From NCBI GenBank assembly GCA_001792535.1, contig MGGS01000013.1, positions 64,692 to 128,691 on the forward strand: a stretch of DNA of 64,000 nt, given 5' to 3'. Source of the stretch: Candidatus Woesebacteria bacterium RIFCSPHIGHO2_02_FULL_42_20 (GTDB lineage: Bacteria > Patescibacteriota > Microgenomatia > UBA8517). The notes under the pieces are model-generated. The model saw only the letters and a list, made by a program, of their open reading frames with translations, did no database searches and was not told the origin of the DNA. Shown here in pieces: positions 1-9,494 of the stretch; position 1 is the first letter of the stretch, and every line of letters starts with the position of its first letter. The position numbers and the translations under genes are program-made.

Positions 1-2
1 CA

Positions 3-341
3 AAAAGAGTAATAGTAATTGCCGATGGAGTAATTATTTTTGATGGGGGGCTTGGTGAGCTTGTAGCACTTTATGCCAAAGATAAGATAATTAAGCTTGT
101 CCTGTCTGACGATGGCGACTACAAAAAACTGGAGAAGATTGGGAAGGTAAAGGAGATTGCGATCCCAAAAGTAGAAATTGTAGTGCCCAGAAGCACGGCG
201 GCGCTGGCGGCGTCTGAGATACTTCAAAATTTTGCAGTCGAGGATCTTACTATCGAAGAAGAGCCGATAGAGAGTGTGATTCGTAGAATTTTCAGCGGCG
301 AGGTCAAAAAACCCGGTCTAAGAAAAAGGAAGAATGGATAA
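3..341 (+). CDS. ABC transporter ATP-binding protein, C-terminal part (truncated by window edge)
   Basis: Open frame KRVIVIADGVIIFDG...DLTIEEEPIESVIRRIF ending TAA at 339-341; directly upstream of two ABC-2 permeases. Confidence 0.8.
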   Translation, partial: KRVIVIADGVIIFDGGLGELVALYAKDKIIKLVLSDDGDYKKLEKIGKVKEIAIPKVEIVVPRSTAALAASEILQNFAVEDLTIEEEPIESVIRRIFSGEVKKPGLRKRKNG

Positions 342-1134
342 GTATATCGCGATTTTTAAAATTTCTTTCGCCCAGGAGTTTGTATACAAATTGAATTTCC
401 TCATGTGGCGCCTGCGCAATGTCATGCAGGTTTTTTTGGTTTTTTTTCTTTGGGATGCAATCTTTTCGGACCCGCGCTCGTCGGTTTTTGGTTATAACCG
501 TTCAACCATTTTGACCTATGTCTTTGGGTTAATTATAGTTAGATCCGTTGTTTTATCAGCAAGATCAGTTGACGTCGCCGGCGAAGTTAGCCGCGGTGAC
601 CTTTCCAATTATTTGATCAAGCCAATCAGCTATTTTAAATATTGGTTGACCAGAGATCTTTCAAGCAAAACGCTTAATTTGCTTTTCGCAGTTTTTGAGG
701 CGTCGGTTTTGATGGTGATACTAAAACCGCCGTTTTATCTGCAGACTCACTTTGTGCAGTTACTGCTTTTTGCATTGGCAATTTTTATAGCAATTTTGCT
801 GTTTTTTTTACTGATGTTTCTTTTTAGTTTGTTTCCTTTGTGGTATCCTGAACAAGCTTGGGGGGCGTCGTTTCTGCTTTTTATTTTTGTAGATTTTTTG
901 GGTGGCGGTATTTTTCCTCTCGACGTGTTGCCAGCGAATATCCAGAGTGTTTTATATCTTACTCCCTTTCCATATTTAATGTTTTCGCCGTTACAGATTT
1001 ATTTGGGGAAATTTGCCACGCCTTTGGCAGTGGAAAGGGTGCTTTTAGGGTCACTGTGGGTCGCCATACTGGTTTTTGTGGTAGGTAAGGTCTGGAAGCT
1101 GGGGCTAAAAGTTTATAGATCGGAGGGCAGATGA
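334..1134 (+). CDS. ABC-2 family transporter permease (DUF990-type)
   Basis: Six hydrophobic segments; GDLSNYLIKP and FPLDVLP motifs. Confidence 0.85.
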   Translation: MDKYIAIFKISFAQEFVYKLNFLMWRLRNVMQVFLVFFLWDAIFSDPRSSVFGYNRSTILTYVFGLIIVRSVVLSARSVDVAGEVSRGDLSNYLIKPISYFKYWLTRDLSSKTLNLLFAVFEASVLMVILKPPFYLQTHFVQLLLFALAIFIAILLFFLLMFLFSLFPLWYPEQAWGASFLLFIFVDFLGGGIFPLDVLPANIQSVLYLTPFPYLMFSPLQIYLGKFATPLAVERVLLGSLWVAILVFVVGKVWKLGLKVYRSEGR

Positions 1135-1925
1135 TGCCTAAAAGAATAAAAAGATACTTGACGGTTTGGTGGATGATGAGCAAAAACTCATTTTTGGCGG
1201 TTTTTTATGTAAAGATTGCTCTATCAATATTTTTGACGGGAAAACTGCTGCGGTTTGGATTCTTTTTGGTATTTATGTTTTTTTTGCTAAAAGGGTCAGG
1301 TGGCCTGGCGGGATACACTCTTAATCAGTCGATATTTTTCTTCTTGACCTTTAATCTTGTTGATGTCGCGTCTCAGTTTTTATTTCGCGAAGTATATAGA
1401 TTTAGACCACATTTGGTTTCCGGAGATTTTGACCTGACTTTGGTAAAACCGCTAAGCCCGTTATTTAGGAGTTTGTTGGGCGGTGCTGATGTAATCGATT
1501 TAATAACAATTCCGCCTTTAGTTCTGGCGGTAATTTATGTAGGCGGCCTTTTAGGCCCATCCGTGTTGAATGCTGTGTACTACTTACTGCTTTTGGTAAA
1601 CGGCCTTGCTCTTGCCGCTGCATTCCACATCTTTGTACTCGGATTTGGGGTAATTACGCTGGAAGTGGATCACTTGGTTTTTATATATCGCGACTTGGTT
1701 AATTTGGGTAAATTGCCTGTAGACATCTATCGTGAGCCGATTAAGTCGGTCATAACATACCTTATCCCGGTTGGATTAATGGTAACTTTGCCCGCAAAGG
1801 CGCTGATGGGTTTGGTCAGCCCGGTGGGAATTATTACGACACTTGGGATAAGTGTGTTAGCTTTATTTGCCGCAAACAGGTTTTGGCAGTTTGCTTTGAC
1901 AAAATACACAAGCGCGTCAAGTTGA
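1131..1925 (+). CDS. ABC-2 family transporter permease (DUF990-type)
   Basis: GDFDLTLVKP and LPVDIY motifs; paralogue of the upstream gene. Confidence 0.85.
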   Translation: MMPKRIKRYLTVWWMMSKNSFLAVFYVKIALSIFLTGKLLRFGFFLVFMFFLLKGSGGLAGYTLNQSIFFFLTFNLVDVASQFLFREVYRFRPHLVSGDFDLTLVKPLSPLFRSLLGGADVIDLITIPPLVLAVIYVGGLLGPSVLNAVYYLLLLVNGLALAAAFHIFVLGFGVITLEVDHLVFIYRDLVNLGKLPVDIYREPIKSVITYLIPVGLMVTLPAKALMGLVSPVGIITTLGISVLALFAANRFWQFALTKYTSASS

Positions 1926-2197
1926 TGAAGAAAATAGTTTATACGAAACACGCCGAAGGGAAACTTGAGAGATTAAGGAGGGTTGGCTCTAAAGTTTCGA
2001 AAAATCTGGTTGCAGAGACTGTTTTCGAACCGGAGAATATTGATTTCGAAATTGACTATCCAAAAATTATTGCTTCTCGCCCATTAGATAAGCTGCACAT
2101 CCTCAGAGTTGTTTTTAGATATGAAGATGATAAAATTATAATCGTAACTTTGTATCCAGCAAGGAAAGGCAGATACTATGAAAGCAAAAAAAACTAA
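1925..2197 (+). CDS. DUF4258-family putative RNase toxin
   Basis: YTKHA...LRVVF...IIVTLYP pattern; ATG at 1925 preferred over ORF-track start. Confidence 0.7.
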   Translation: MKKIVYTKHAEGKLERLRRVGSKVSKNLVAETVFEPENIDFEIDYPKIIASRPLDKLHILRVVFRYEDDKIIIVTLYPARKGRYYESKKN

Positions 2198-2420
2198 AAG
2201 TGGATATCCAGAGTTTGTTTATGAAAAAGAAGATGATGTTCTGAATATTTGGTTATCTAAGAGGAAAATCGATTATGCGGAGCAATCAGGCGACGTCATT
2301 ATACATTTTACCAAAAACAGCGAGCCGGTTTACATTGAAGTGCTTGACGCCTCTAAATTTCTTCGGGTACAATCCCGTGCTTTACCAAAAGACCTAAGGG
2401 AGACACTTTTTGTTGCCTGA
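2178..2420 (+). CDS. DUF2283-family putative antitoxin
   Basis: YEKEDDVLNI...YIEVLDAS pattern; overlaps the DUF4258 gene. Confidence 0.75.
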   Translation: MKAKKTKSGYPEFVYEKEDDVLNIWLSKRKIDYAEQSGDVIIHFTKNSEPVYIEVLDASKFLRVQSRALPKDLRETLFVA

Positions 2421-2479
2421 CATGGCAGAAGCTTTTTGTAATCTGCTTTGACCAAGTACACCAGCGCGTCAAGTTAATC

Positions 2480-3439
2480 ATGCAAAAACTACTGGTAATT
2501 TGCGGTCCTACCTCAACAGGGAAAACGAAATTGGCCCTACACCTTGCCAAGAAGTATAACAGTGAACTTATTTCTGCCGACTCCAGGCAGGTTTATAAAG
2601 GAATGAATATCGGAACAGGCAAGGAATTGCCAGCAAATTCAAAATTTAAGATCCAAAGTTCAAAATTGCCAGGATATTATGAAATCAACGAGGTTAGGGT
2701 TTGGGGTTACGATCTTGTTCCCCCCACTCGCTCTTTTAGCGTCGCACAATATAAAAAAATAATTGACAAAGTGTTACTCACTATATTTAATCGCAAGAAA
2801 TTACCCATACTTGTAGGCGGGACAGGCCTTTACATTAAAGCGATCATTGACGACATTTCTACGCTTGGCGTACCAAGAAATACTAACCTTCGAAAAAGTT
2901 TGCTAAATAAGACTTCAGACGAACTTTATGCTTTGCTGTCGCAATTTGACCCCATAAAGTCAGCTTCGTTAAATGTTTCGGACAAAAAGAATCCCAGAAG
3001 ACTGGTTCGCGCAATAGAAGTGGCTAGTCGCATCAACAAGCTTAGTGAAATTAAACCTAAAAAGATTAATTACAATTTGTTATTAATCGGTCTGATATTG
3101 TTTAGGCAAGATCTGTACAGCAAGATTGCTAAGCGAGTAGATCGGCGAATTGACCAGGGAATGGAAACGGAAATTCAAAAACTAATTAGTTCGGGAGTAA
3201 GATGGGGCAATCAGTCAATGAGTGGTATGGGCTATAAACAATGGGAGGGATACTTCAGCAAGAAAGAGAGTTTAAAAAAAGTGATCGATAAGTGGAAGGT
3301 AGCCGAGCGGAGTTATTCCCGGAAGCAGATTGCTTGGTTTAAAAAGGATAAAAGAATAACCTGGTTTGACATTGCTAACAAAGGTTATCCTCAAAATGTG
3401 GAAAGCTTGGTAAGAAAATGGTATAAAGAAACAAGCTAA
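2480..3439 (+). CDS. miaA: tRNA dimethylallyltransferase
   Basis: GPTSTGKT, SADSRQVY, VGGTGLY, RRLVRAIE motifs. Confidence 0.95.
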   Translation: MQKLLVICGPTSTGKTKLALHLAKKYNSELISADSRQVYKGMNIGTGKELPANSKFKIQSSKLPGYYEINEVRVWGYDLVPPTRSFSVAQYKKIIDKVLLTIFNRKKLPILVGGTGLYIKAIIDDISTLGVPRNTNLRKSLLNKTSDELYALLSQFDPIKSASLNVSDKKNPRRLVRAIEVASRINKLSEIKPKKINYNLLLIGLILFRQDLYSKIAKRVDRRIDQGMETEIQKLISSGVRWGNQSMSGMGYKQWEGYFSKKESLKKVIDKWKVAERSYSRKQIAWFKKDKRITWFDIANKGYPQNVESLVRKWYKETS

Positions 3440-3442
3440 GTT

Positions 3443-4435
3443 ATGCACCAAAAAATTGAAATTTCACATAAGACTATCATTTTTACGGTTCTTTTCTTGG
3501 TGTTCTTGTGGTTTCTCTATTTTATTCGCGACATTATTTTTTTGGTTTTCGTTGCAATACTTATTTCAACGATATTAAACCCAATAGTTAAAAAGATTCA
3601 TAAGTTTAGAATACCCCGTGCATTTGCGGTGATAATTGTTTATCTATCGGGACTTGCCTTTTTGATTTTCGCCTTAGGTACTGTTCTGACTCCGCTTGTG
3701 GAGCAGACAAGAAATTTTACTAATAACTTCCCTCTTTACTTGGAGAGGTTGCAAATACCTGAAAGTGTGGTTAATCAAATTGCCAATGAGATTACTTCGC
3801 AGTTTGGAAGCATCTCTTCACAACTACTTAGGCTTGGTGTTTCAATTTTTTCAAATATATTGACAATTTTTGCAGTTTTGGTTATTGCTCTTTATCTGCT
3901 TATTACGCGGGAAAAAATTGACAAACAGCTCTATTCCATATTGGCCGCCGACAAGGCTAAAAAGATCGAAAGAGTGTTGAATCAGTTGGAGAAGGATCTG
4001 GGTGGCTGGACCAGAGGGGAATTATTGCTCATGTTTATGGTGGGGTTTACGACTTATTTGGGTTTGACTATTTTAGGTATCCCTTTTGCCGTTCCTCTGG
4101 GTGTGCTTGCCGGTTTGTTGGAAGTTGTACCAAATCTTGGCCCCGTGGTTGCAGCTATTCCTGCAACTATAGTGGGGTTTGCCATCTCCCCTATCAGTGG
4201 TTTTGCGGTTGTCGCACTTTCATTTTTAGTCCAGCAAGTGGAAAATTATGTTTTTGTTCCAAAAGTTATGGAAAAGTCTGCCGGCATTAATCCCGTCGTG
4301 ACACTGCTTGCGCTTTTGATTGGTTTTCGACTTGCAGGGGTTTCTGGGGCAATTCTGGCTGTTCCTGTAGTTATAACTCTTAGGGTAATAATTAAAGAAT
4401 ATTACCCGCCCACTGCTTCTCTTAAAGATCGATAA
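3443..4435 (+). CDS. AI-2E family transporter
   Basis: VPNLGP and QQVENYVFVPKVM..GINP motifs; multi-TM. Confidence 0.9.
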   Translation: MHQKIEISHKTIIFTVLFLVFLWFLYFIRDIIFLVFVAILISTILNPIVKKIHKFRIPRAFAVIIVYLSGLAFLIFALGTVLTPLVEQTRNFTNNFPLYLERLQIPESVVNQIANEITSQFGSISSQLLRLGVSIFSNILTIFAVLVIALYLLITREKIDKQLYSILAADKAKKIERVLNQLEKDLGGWTRGELLLMFMVGFTTYLGLTILGIPFAVPLGVLAGLLEVVPNLGPVVAAIPATIVGFAISPISGFAVVALSFLVQQVENYVFVPKVMEKSAGINPVVTLLALLIGFRLAGVSGAILAVPVVITLRVIIKEYYPPTASLKDR

Positions 4436-4448
4436 TATTGCGTAAATC

Positions 4449-4457
4449 TGCTATAAT
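4449..4457 (+). promoter_or_regulatory. Extended -10 promoter (TGnTATAAT) of rnpB
   Basis: TGCTATAAT 7 nt before the RNase P RNA 5' end. Confidence 0.7.
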
Positions 4458-4464
4458 ATGCCCA

Positions 4465-4777
4465 CTCTGGAGGAAGGGCAATCGATCGCCAACAGCTACG
4501 CGGTTGTGGGCGGTAGGAAAGTCCAGGCAGCTCAAGGCAGGGTGGTCGTCGTAAGGCGGCACGCGAAAGCGCTAGAAAGTGCCACAGAGACAACGACTCA
4601 TCTTGGACCTAACCGGTCTAAGAAAGAGGGTGAAAAGAGGAAAACCTCCCCGCTGCAACCTCCGAATGGGGCGTTTGCTTGCCTACGCAAGTAGAAGGTA
4701 GCCTTGCCGAGCCCCGAAGCTTGAGGGCATAGATTGATGATTGCCATAAACAGAACCTGGCTTACTATCCTCCGGAG
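4465..4777 (+). ncRNA. rnpB: RNase P RNA (short, about 313 nt)
   Basis: Conserved AGGAAAGTCC, AGAAAGTGCCACAGA, GTGAAA and ACAGAACCTGGCTTA elements; terminal pairing CTCTGGAGGA/TCCTCCGGAG (P1). Confidence 0.93.
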
Positions 4778-5521
4778 CCAAAAAAACTCACCACATGGTG
4801 GGTTTTTTTGTGGATGAGAATCATATTTTTGCGCGACAGCCAAAAGACCCACTCCTTGAGGAAAGTTTATGTGTCTTAATACTTTGTTCTCGACTGCGAG
4901 AATATACTTGAAAATAAAATTAATAAAAGGGTTCACTTTGTTAAGTGATAAGTTTTTAAATAAGATAGCAGCTGGTAGTAAAGAAAAGTTCATGAATGAG
5001 AGCTTTGCAACTCTAAACCCTGCCCTTTCCAATTTTTCCCCGATCTCGCTTTTTGAGTATCTGTGGCGGGTGTGGACTTTTTGATCATGTTCGCTGAAAA
5101 GCCAGTTGTTGGCTGCAACTCTTAGAATCAAAAATCCCTTGGGTTGTATAACTCTGTAAAACTCCTTTATAGCTAGTTTGTCGTTGACACCTTTGTGGTA
5201 TAAAACATCAATTGAAGTGACGATGTTGAATGAGCTGGCCTTAAAAGGCAGTTTATTAATGGACGCTTTTATAGCATTTATACCTCTTTGTTGACAAAAT
5301 TTTATAGCCTCCGAACTTATATCGACACTTGTTACGCGGCCGTATTGTTTCAATTTTTTACTTAGGAGTCCAGTACCGCAACCAGCGTCTAAGATGGTGA
5401 CCGGTGTCTTGTGACCGGGGATTAGCGATTTGACTACGGAAATTACTAAGTTGTGCAAAGCAACATAATAAAAATGAGTGCTTTCGTTCTCAAATAACTT
5501 TTCGTATTCCGATACTCTCAC
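4598..5521 (-). CDS. Class I SAM-dependent methyltransferase (C-terminus reads through into rnpB antisense)
   Basis: LDAGCGTG motif; likely GTG start at 5521 coupled to the upstream stop. Confidence 0.8.
   Translation of the reverse strand: MRVSEYEKLFENESTHFYYVALHNLVISVVKSLIPGHKTPVTILDAGCGTGLLSKKLKQYGRVTSVDISSEAIKFCQQRGINAIKASINKLPFKASSFNIVTSIDVLYHKGVNDKLAIKEFYRVIQPKGFLILRVAANNWLFSEHDQKVHTRHRYSKSEIGEKLERAGFRVAKLSFMNFSLLPAAILFKNLSLNKVNPFINFIFKYILAVENKVLRHINFPQGVGLLAVAQKYDSHPQKNPPCGEFFWLRRIVSQVLFMAIINLCPQASGLGKATFYLRRQANAPFGGCSGEVFLFSPSFLDRLGPR
4780..4809. terminator. Bidirectional intrinsic terminator
   Basis: AAAAAAACTCACCA-CA-TGGTGGGTTTTTTT hairpin with A and T tracts. Confidence 0.8.
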
Positions 5522-6219
5522 TTTTTCAATAGAAACAATTTTACCCACAGCATGATAAGTTCTTTGAAAGTTGAAACAATTCGATTGAATCTGAAAAATT
5601 GTGATTTCCCGTAACGCCTTTGATAGTGGTGGATTGAAACTTGGCGGAATTTGGCTCCTGCAAGCTGACACTTTTTGACCAATTCTACACAGACTGCCCC
5701 CGAATTTGAAGTCAATGTTATTTTGTCGATTATTTTTTTTCTAATGAGTCTGAAATCACAGTCAACGTCGTAGGTGGGAAGCCAAAAAAGCCAACGGGCG
5801 ACAAAGCTGTAAAGATTGCCTACGAATATGCGGTATGTGGGATCTCTCCTAGTCATTTTTATTCCGTTTACAAAGTCGGTATCAGAAGTCATTAGATTTG
5901 CAAGGATGGGTAGTTCGTGTACATCGTATTGACCGTCACCGTCGGTATAGAAAATGAGGTCCTTTGTGGAATTTGTAAACCCACTTTTTAAAGTACCCCC
6001 ATATCCCCGGTTAGTCTCGTGAAAAACGAGTTTTAGCTTTGGATAACTTTTCTTAAGTTTTTTTAGCACCTCTCTACTTTTGTCTTTGGAATCGTCATCG
6101 ACAACAATTACTTCGAAGTTACGTGTGATCTTGGGGAGGACAAGAAAAGCGTCTCTGACCAAGGTACCAATATTTGTTTCGTCGTTGAAGCAGGGGAAAA
6201 AGACCGAAATGCTGACCAT
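5518..6219 (-). CDS. GT2 glycosyltransferase (polyprenol-phosphate mannosyltransferase-like)
   Basis: FFPCFND, VVDDDSKD, NRGYG, TDGDGQY motifs. Confidence 0.9.
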   Translation of the reverse strand: MVSISVFFPCFNDETNIGTLVRDAFLVLPKITRNFEVIVVDDDSKDKSREVLKKLKKSYPKLKLVFHETNRGYGGTLKSGFTNSTKDLIFYTDGDGQYDVHELPILANLMTSDTDFVNGIKMTRRDPTYRIFVGNLYSFVARWLFWLPTYDVDCDFRLIRKKIIDKITLTSNSGAVCVELVKKCQLAGAKFRQVSIHHYQRRYGKSQFFRFNRIVSTFKELIMLWVKLFLLKK

Positions 6220-6225
6220 AAGATT

Positions 6226-7563
6226 CTATAATAGCTCTAGCAATTTATAATCGTAAGGGGCAGTTGTAATCGTTTGTATGACTGTATCAAATTTCTGCGG
6301 ATTTTCTGTAATTATTAAATAGCCTTTGAATCTTGAAATGTCGTCATAACTTTTTATCCACCATTCGTTAATTTTGCCGCCGCTTTGGCTTGCGACAGTT
6401 ACTTCATTCAGGCCTGAATAGTATAAAAAGGATGAAAAATCCGGGCTATCCAATACTATTTTAGTTTGAGGACTATAGTTCATTTTAATAAACTTTCCCA
6501 ATTCAGCGCTGATGTATGATTTATCCGGATTTTCTTTATCTAAATTTTTGATCGAATTAAGTTGTAAGATGATCAGCAAAGATAAAATAAGAATATATTT
6601 TTTGTTAAGGCTGGAGGTAGAAAAGCCAGCGATCAGCGAAGCGAATGGATAAAGAGGTAACAAGAACCAGCCCAACTTGTCAGCCAGGAGATTTAGGGGC
6701 AAGGCGAGTGTGATAACTGACAAAGTTAGGAACAAAAGAGCTTTATTTTTAAAATTTTTTACAAAGTGAAAAATAATAGGAATAAACCAGAATCCAATAT
6801 CTCTTATGAACACTTTGGTTAATGTGGTGTCCAACATCGGCTCTTTCCAGCTTAAATTTCCGGCAAACAGATCGGTAATGTATGATTTAACAAACTCTTC
6901 ACCAAACTTTAATGATCCAAGAGCAAACCACCACAGGGATGCAATTAGTAATACGGAAATAAGCTTAATAATTTTTTTAACCTCTTTTTTACCGAGTAAA
7001 AATTCAAATAGCATAATCCAGGCTAAGGGGAAAAAACCGAATACTAAACCCTTTGTTAAAATGGCACCGGCCAAAAACACACCCGATACAACTGGTGACC
7101 TGTTTATATAAAAGTAAAACGAGAGTATAGAAAACAGTGTAAGTAGTGCGTCCAGATTTCCATGGCTGAACCTTTCCACGACCTGTCCAAGAGTAAGAAA
7201 GATAATTGCCGCAACTAAGCCTGTTTTATAATTGAATAGTTTTTTACCGATTAGATAAATCAGTGTTGGTATTAGAGTTGCCGCTGACACACTAACAAAT
7301 CTTGCTTGCCATTCCCCTGGACCGAAGATTTTTAGAATAGGGTAAGTAAGCCAGAAATACATCGGAGGTTTGTCAAAGTAATATCGGCCGTTCCAAAATG
7401 GCATCAAAAGTCCGGTGTTATTTATGGCCATGTTTTCGCTAATTTCCCCGTACCAGGCCTCATCCCAATTTCTTAATGGAAATTCGTTTATTGAGCGGAA
7501 GAATGCAAATATGGAAAGTAAAGTTAAGGCAATTAAAGGCCATCTGTTGTTTCGAAGTTTCAC
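6226..7563 (-). CDS. ArnT/PMT-like (GT-C) glycosyltransferase
   Basis: WDEAWY, DKPPMYFW, LTKG motifs; multi-TM. Confidence 0.85.
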   Translation of the reverse strand: MKLRNNRWPLIALTLLSIFAFFRSINEFPLRNWDEAWYGEISENMAINNTGLLMPFWNGRYYFDKPPMYFWLTYPILKIFGPGEWQARFVSVSAATLIPTLIYLIGKKLFNYKTGLVAAIIFLTLGQVVERFSHGNLDALLTLFSILSFYFYINRSPVVSGVFLAGAILTKGLVFGFFPLAWIMLFEFLLGKKEVKKIIKLISVLLIASLWWFALGSLKFGEEFVKSYITDLFAGNLSWKEPMLDTTLTKVFIRDIGFWFIPIIFHFVKNFKNKALLFLTLSVITLALPLNLLADKLGWFLLPLYPFASLIAGFSTSSLNKKYILILSLLIILQLNSIKNLDKENPDKSYISAELGKFIKMNYSPQTKIVLDSPDFSSFLYYSGLNEVTVASQSGGKINEWWIKSYDDISRFKGYLIITENPQKFDTVIQTITTAPYDYKLLELL

Positions 7564-7605
7564 GCAAATATCTTACTCAAGACGTGAGAATGTTACAATA
7601 CTTTC

Positions 7606-8073
7606 ATGAAACTTGTTGTTCAAAGAGTAAAAAGAGCGGAGGTTAAGGTGGGCAATAAAGTTGTTGGGAAAATTGGCAAGGGGTTGTTTATTTTAGTGGG
7701 AATTGGAAAAGCTGATACAGCGAAAGAAGCAAATGCTTTGGCGGCGAAATTAGAGAAGATGAGAGTGATGAGCGATCCCACTTCGCCGAGGCTTCGAGGG
7801 GCAAGTGGGAAAGATAAAATGAACTTTAGTGTACGAGACGTAGGAGCGGAAGTTTTGGTTGTTTCTCAATTTACGCTTTATGCAAATACCGCGGATGGAA
7901 ATAGACCTTCGTTTATAGAAGCGGCTGATCCGAAAAAGGCAAAGGAAATCTACGAATACTTTATAGACGAACTCAAGAATTTGGGTTTAAAAGTTGAAAC
8001 AGGAAGTTTTGGAGAATATATGAATATAAAAACAGAACTTGACGGACCTGTTACTATAGTACTCGAAAGTTAA
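7606..8073 (+). CDS. dtd: D-aminoacyl-tRNA deacylase (with about 10-aa insertion)
   Basis: VVQRV, SQFTLY, GNRPSF, DGPVT motifs. Confidence 0.93.
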   Translation: MKLVVQRVKRAEVKVGNKVVGKIGKGLFILVGIGKADTAKEANALAAKLEKMRVMSDPTSPRLRGASGKDKMNFSVRDVGAEVLVVSQFTLYANTADGNRPSFIEAADPKKAKEIYEYFIDELKNLGLKVETGSFGEYMNIKTELDGPVTIVLES

Positions 8074-8678
8074 TGGCCGCTAAAGCAAAACAGATTTTGT
8101 CTAAAGTCTTTACCCTGATCGCTGTTATATCCCTTTTAACAGTGTTCGGTTCAGGGTCTTTTATGGCTGGTTTTAAGCTTGGAGCGCAAAGCGAGGCTTT
8201 AAAGCCACCTGACACAGGTACCCCTTCACCGACGGTTTTGCCTATGCCAGTTGCAACCTTGATTCCAACCTTGACCCCTAAAATACAAAATACTAGTCCC
8301 AATACGCAAACGTGGGGCGGGCCTGATTTATGGGAAGCTGTGAATAAAAGGCGGAAAGACTTCGGTGTTAATGAGCTTGCCAGCAAATCGGAGCTTTGCA
8401 CAATTGCCTCAATTCGATTAAATGAACTGTTGGAATTGGGTAAACTTGATGGACATGAAGGGTTTTCTGACATGCCGGAGAGGCGGCCTGACCTGAAGTG
8501 GATTTATGATAAATATAATTTGTCGGAATTTTTGGTTTCCGGAGCGCAAAGCGCCAGTGAGGCAGTTTCTTTGTGGGAAAACACGTTGGGACACAAAAAA
8601 CTGCTTAACGGTGGTGAGTATGTCTGGGGCTGTATTTATGCCCAAAATGGCTTCGGAGTCGCGATAACTGCTTATTAG
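8073..8678 (+). CDS. Secreted CAP/SCP-domain protein
   Basis: N-terminal TM, Pro/Thr linker, VNKRR..HEGF..WENTLGHKKLL pattern. Confidence 0.7.
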   Translation: MAAKAKQILSKVFTLIAVISLLTVFGSGSFMAGFKLGAQSEALKPPDTGTPSPTVLPMPVATLIPTLTPKIQNTSPNTQTWGGPDLWEAVNKRRKDFGVNELASKSELCTIASIRLNELLELGKLDGHEGFSDMPERRPDLKWIYDKYNLSEFLVSGAQSASEAVSLWENTLGHKKLLNGGEYVWGCIYAQNGFGVAITAY

Positions 8679-9298
8679 ATTAACTTGTTTTTCTTTAGAA
8701 AGCCCTCCAGTTTTTTCTTTGTGGGACACTGCCGCCCTACGGATACAAAAAGACGGTTAGTGTCTTTCCAATATTTTTTTGGCAGAATTTTTATCAGTTC
8801 ACGCTCTGTTTGCTCTGGGGAACTTGTTTTCACCCAGCCGAGAAGGTTGGATATTCGATGGACATGGGTATCGACGGCTATTGCCGATACACCAAAAGCG
8901 CGGTTGATAACTAAGTTGGCAGTTTTTCTGCCGACGCCCGCAAGAGTCATTAGGCCTTCCCTTGTGTTTGGTATTTTTCCGTTAAATTTCTTTAAGATGA
9001 TATTTGATAAGAGCTTTAGCTGTCTAGTTTTGGTTTTATAGAATCCGACCGGGTATATTAGTTTTGCAATTGATCTGATTTCTAATTTACCTAATTGCTC
9101 TAAGTTTGGTGCTTTTGCAAACAGGCGCTTAGACGCTTCCAAAGTTACCTCGTCGCGTGTTCGCGATGAAAGCATTGTTGAAATAAGTGTTGTGTAAGGG
9201 TTTTTGCCAAAAATTTCCAGAGGAACATGTTCGTAATGTCTTTTGAAGACGTTAAATGTTTTTGAGAAGTCATGCTTCACGGAAAGATTATACAACAA
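8675..9298 (-). CDS. nth: Endonuclease III (HhH-GPD), Fe-S cluster motif degenerate
   Basis: LAGVGRKTAN HhH and AVDTHVHR motifs. Confidence 0.9.
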   Translation of the reverse strand: MLYNLSVKHDFSKTFNVFKRHYEHVPLEIFGKNPYTTLISTMLSSRTRDEVTLEASKRLFAKAPNLEQLGKLEIRSIAKLIYPVGFYKTKTRQLKLLSNIILKKFNGKIPNTREGLMTLAGVGRKTANLVINRAFGVSAIAVDTHVHRISNLLGWVKTSSPEQTERELIKILPKKYWKDTNRLFVSVGRQCPTKKKLEGFLKKNKLI

Positions 9299-9350
9299 AA
9301 GGCCCGCGCCAGGCGGATACCTTTTGTTTTTTGTAATCTAAGATTTGAAG

Positions 9351-9488
9351 TTACCCTCCAATCTTAAACATGGTTGTGCCACAAACTTCGCACTTACCTT
9401 TCTTTGCTTTCTTCCCGTTCTTCATGGTGACATCCACCAAGTCCTTACCTTCTCTTTTAGCACGACATTTTACACAGTACATCGACAT
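9351..9488 (-). CDS. Small Zn-ribbon protein (DUF5679), 45 aa, missed by ORF track
   Basis: MSMYCVKCRAKREG...KGKCEVCGTTMFKIGG with GGAGG RBS upstream. Confidence 0.85.
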   Translation of the reverse strand: MSMYCVKCRAKREGKDLVDVTMKNGKKAKKGKCEVCGTTMFKIGG

Positions 9489-9494
9489 CAATTA

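Noticed and set aside
4458-4694. ORF-track 78-aa (+) and 63-aa (-) ORFs
   Set aside because: They overlap the RNase P RNA gene and are spurious.
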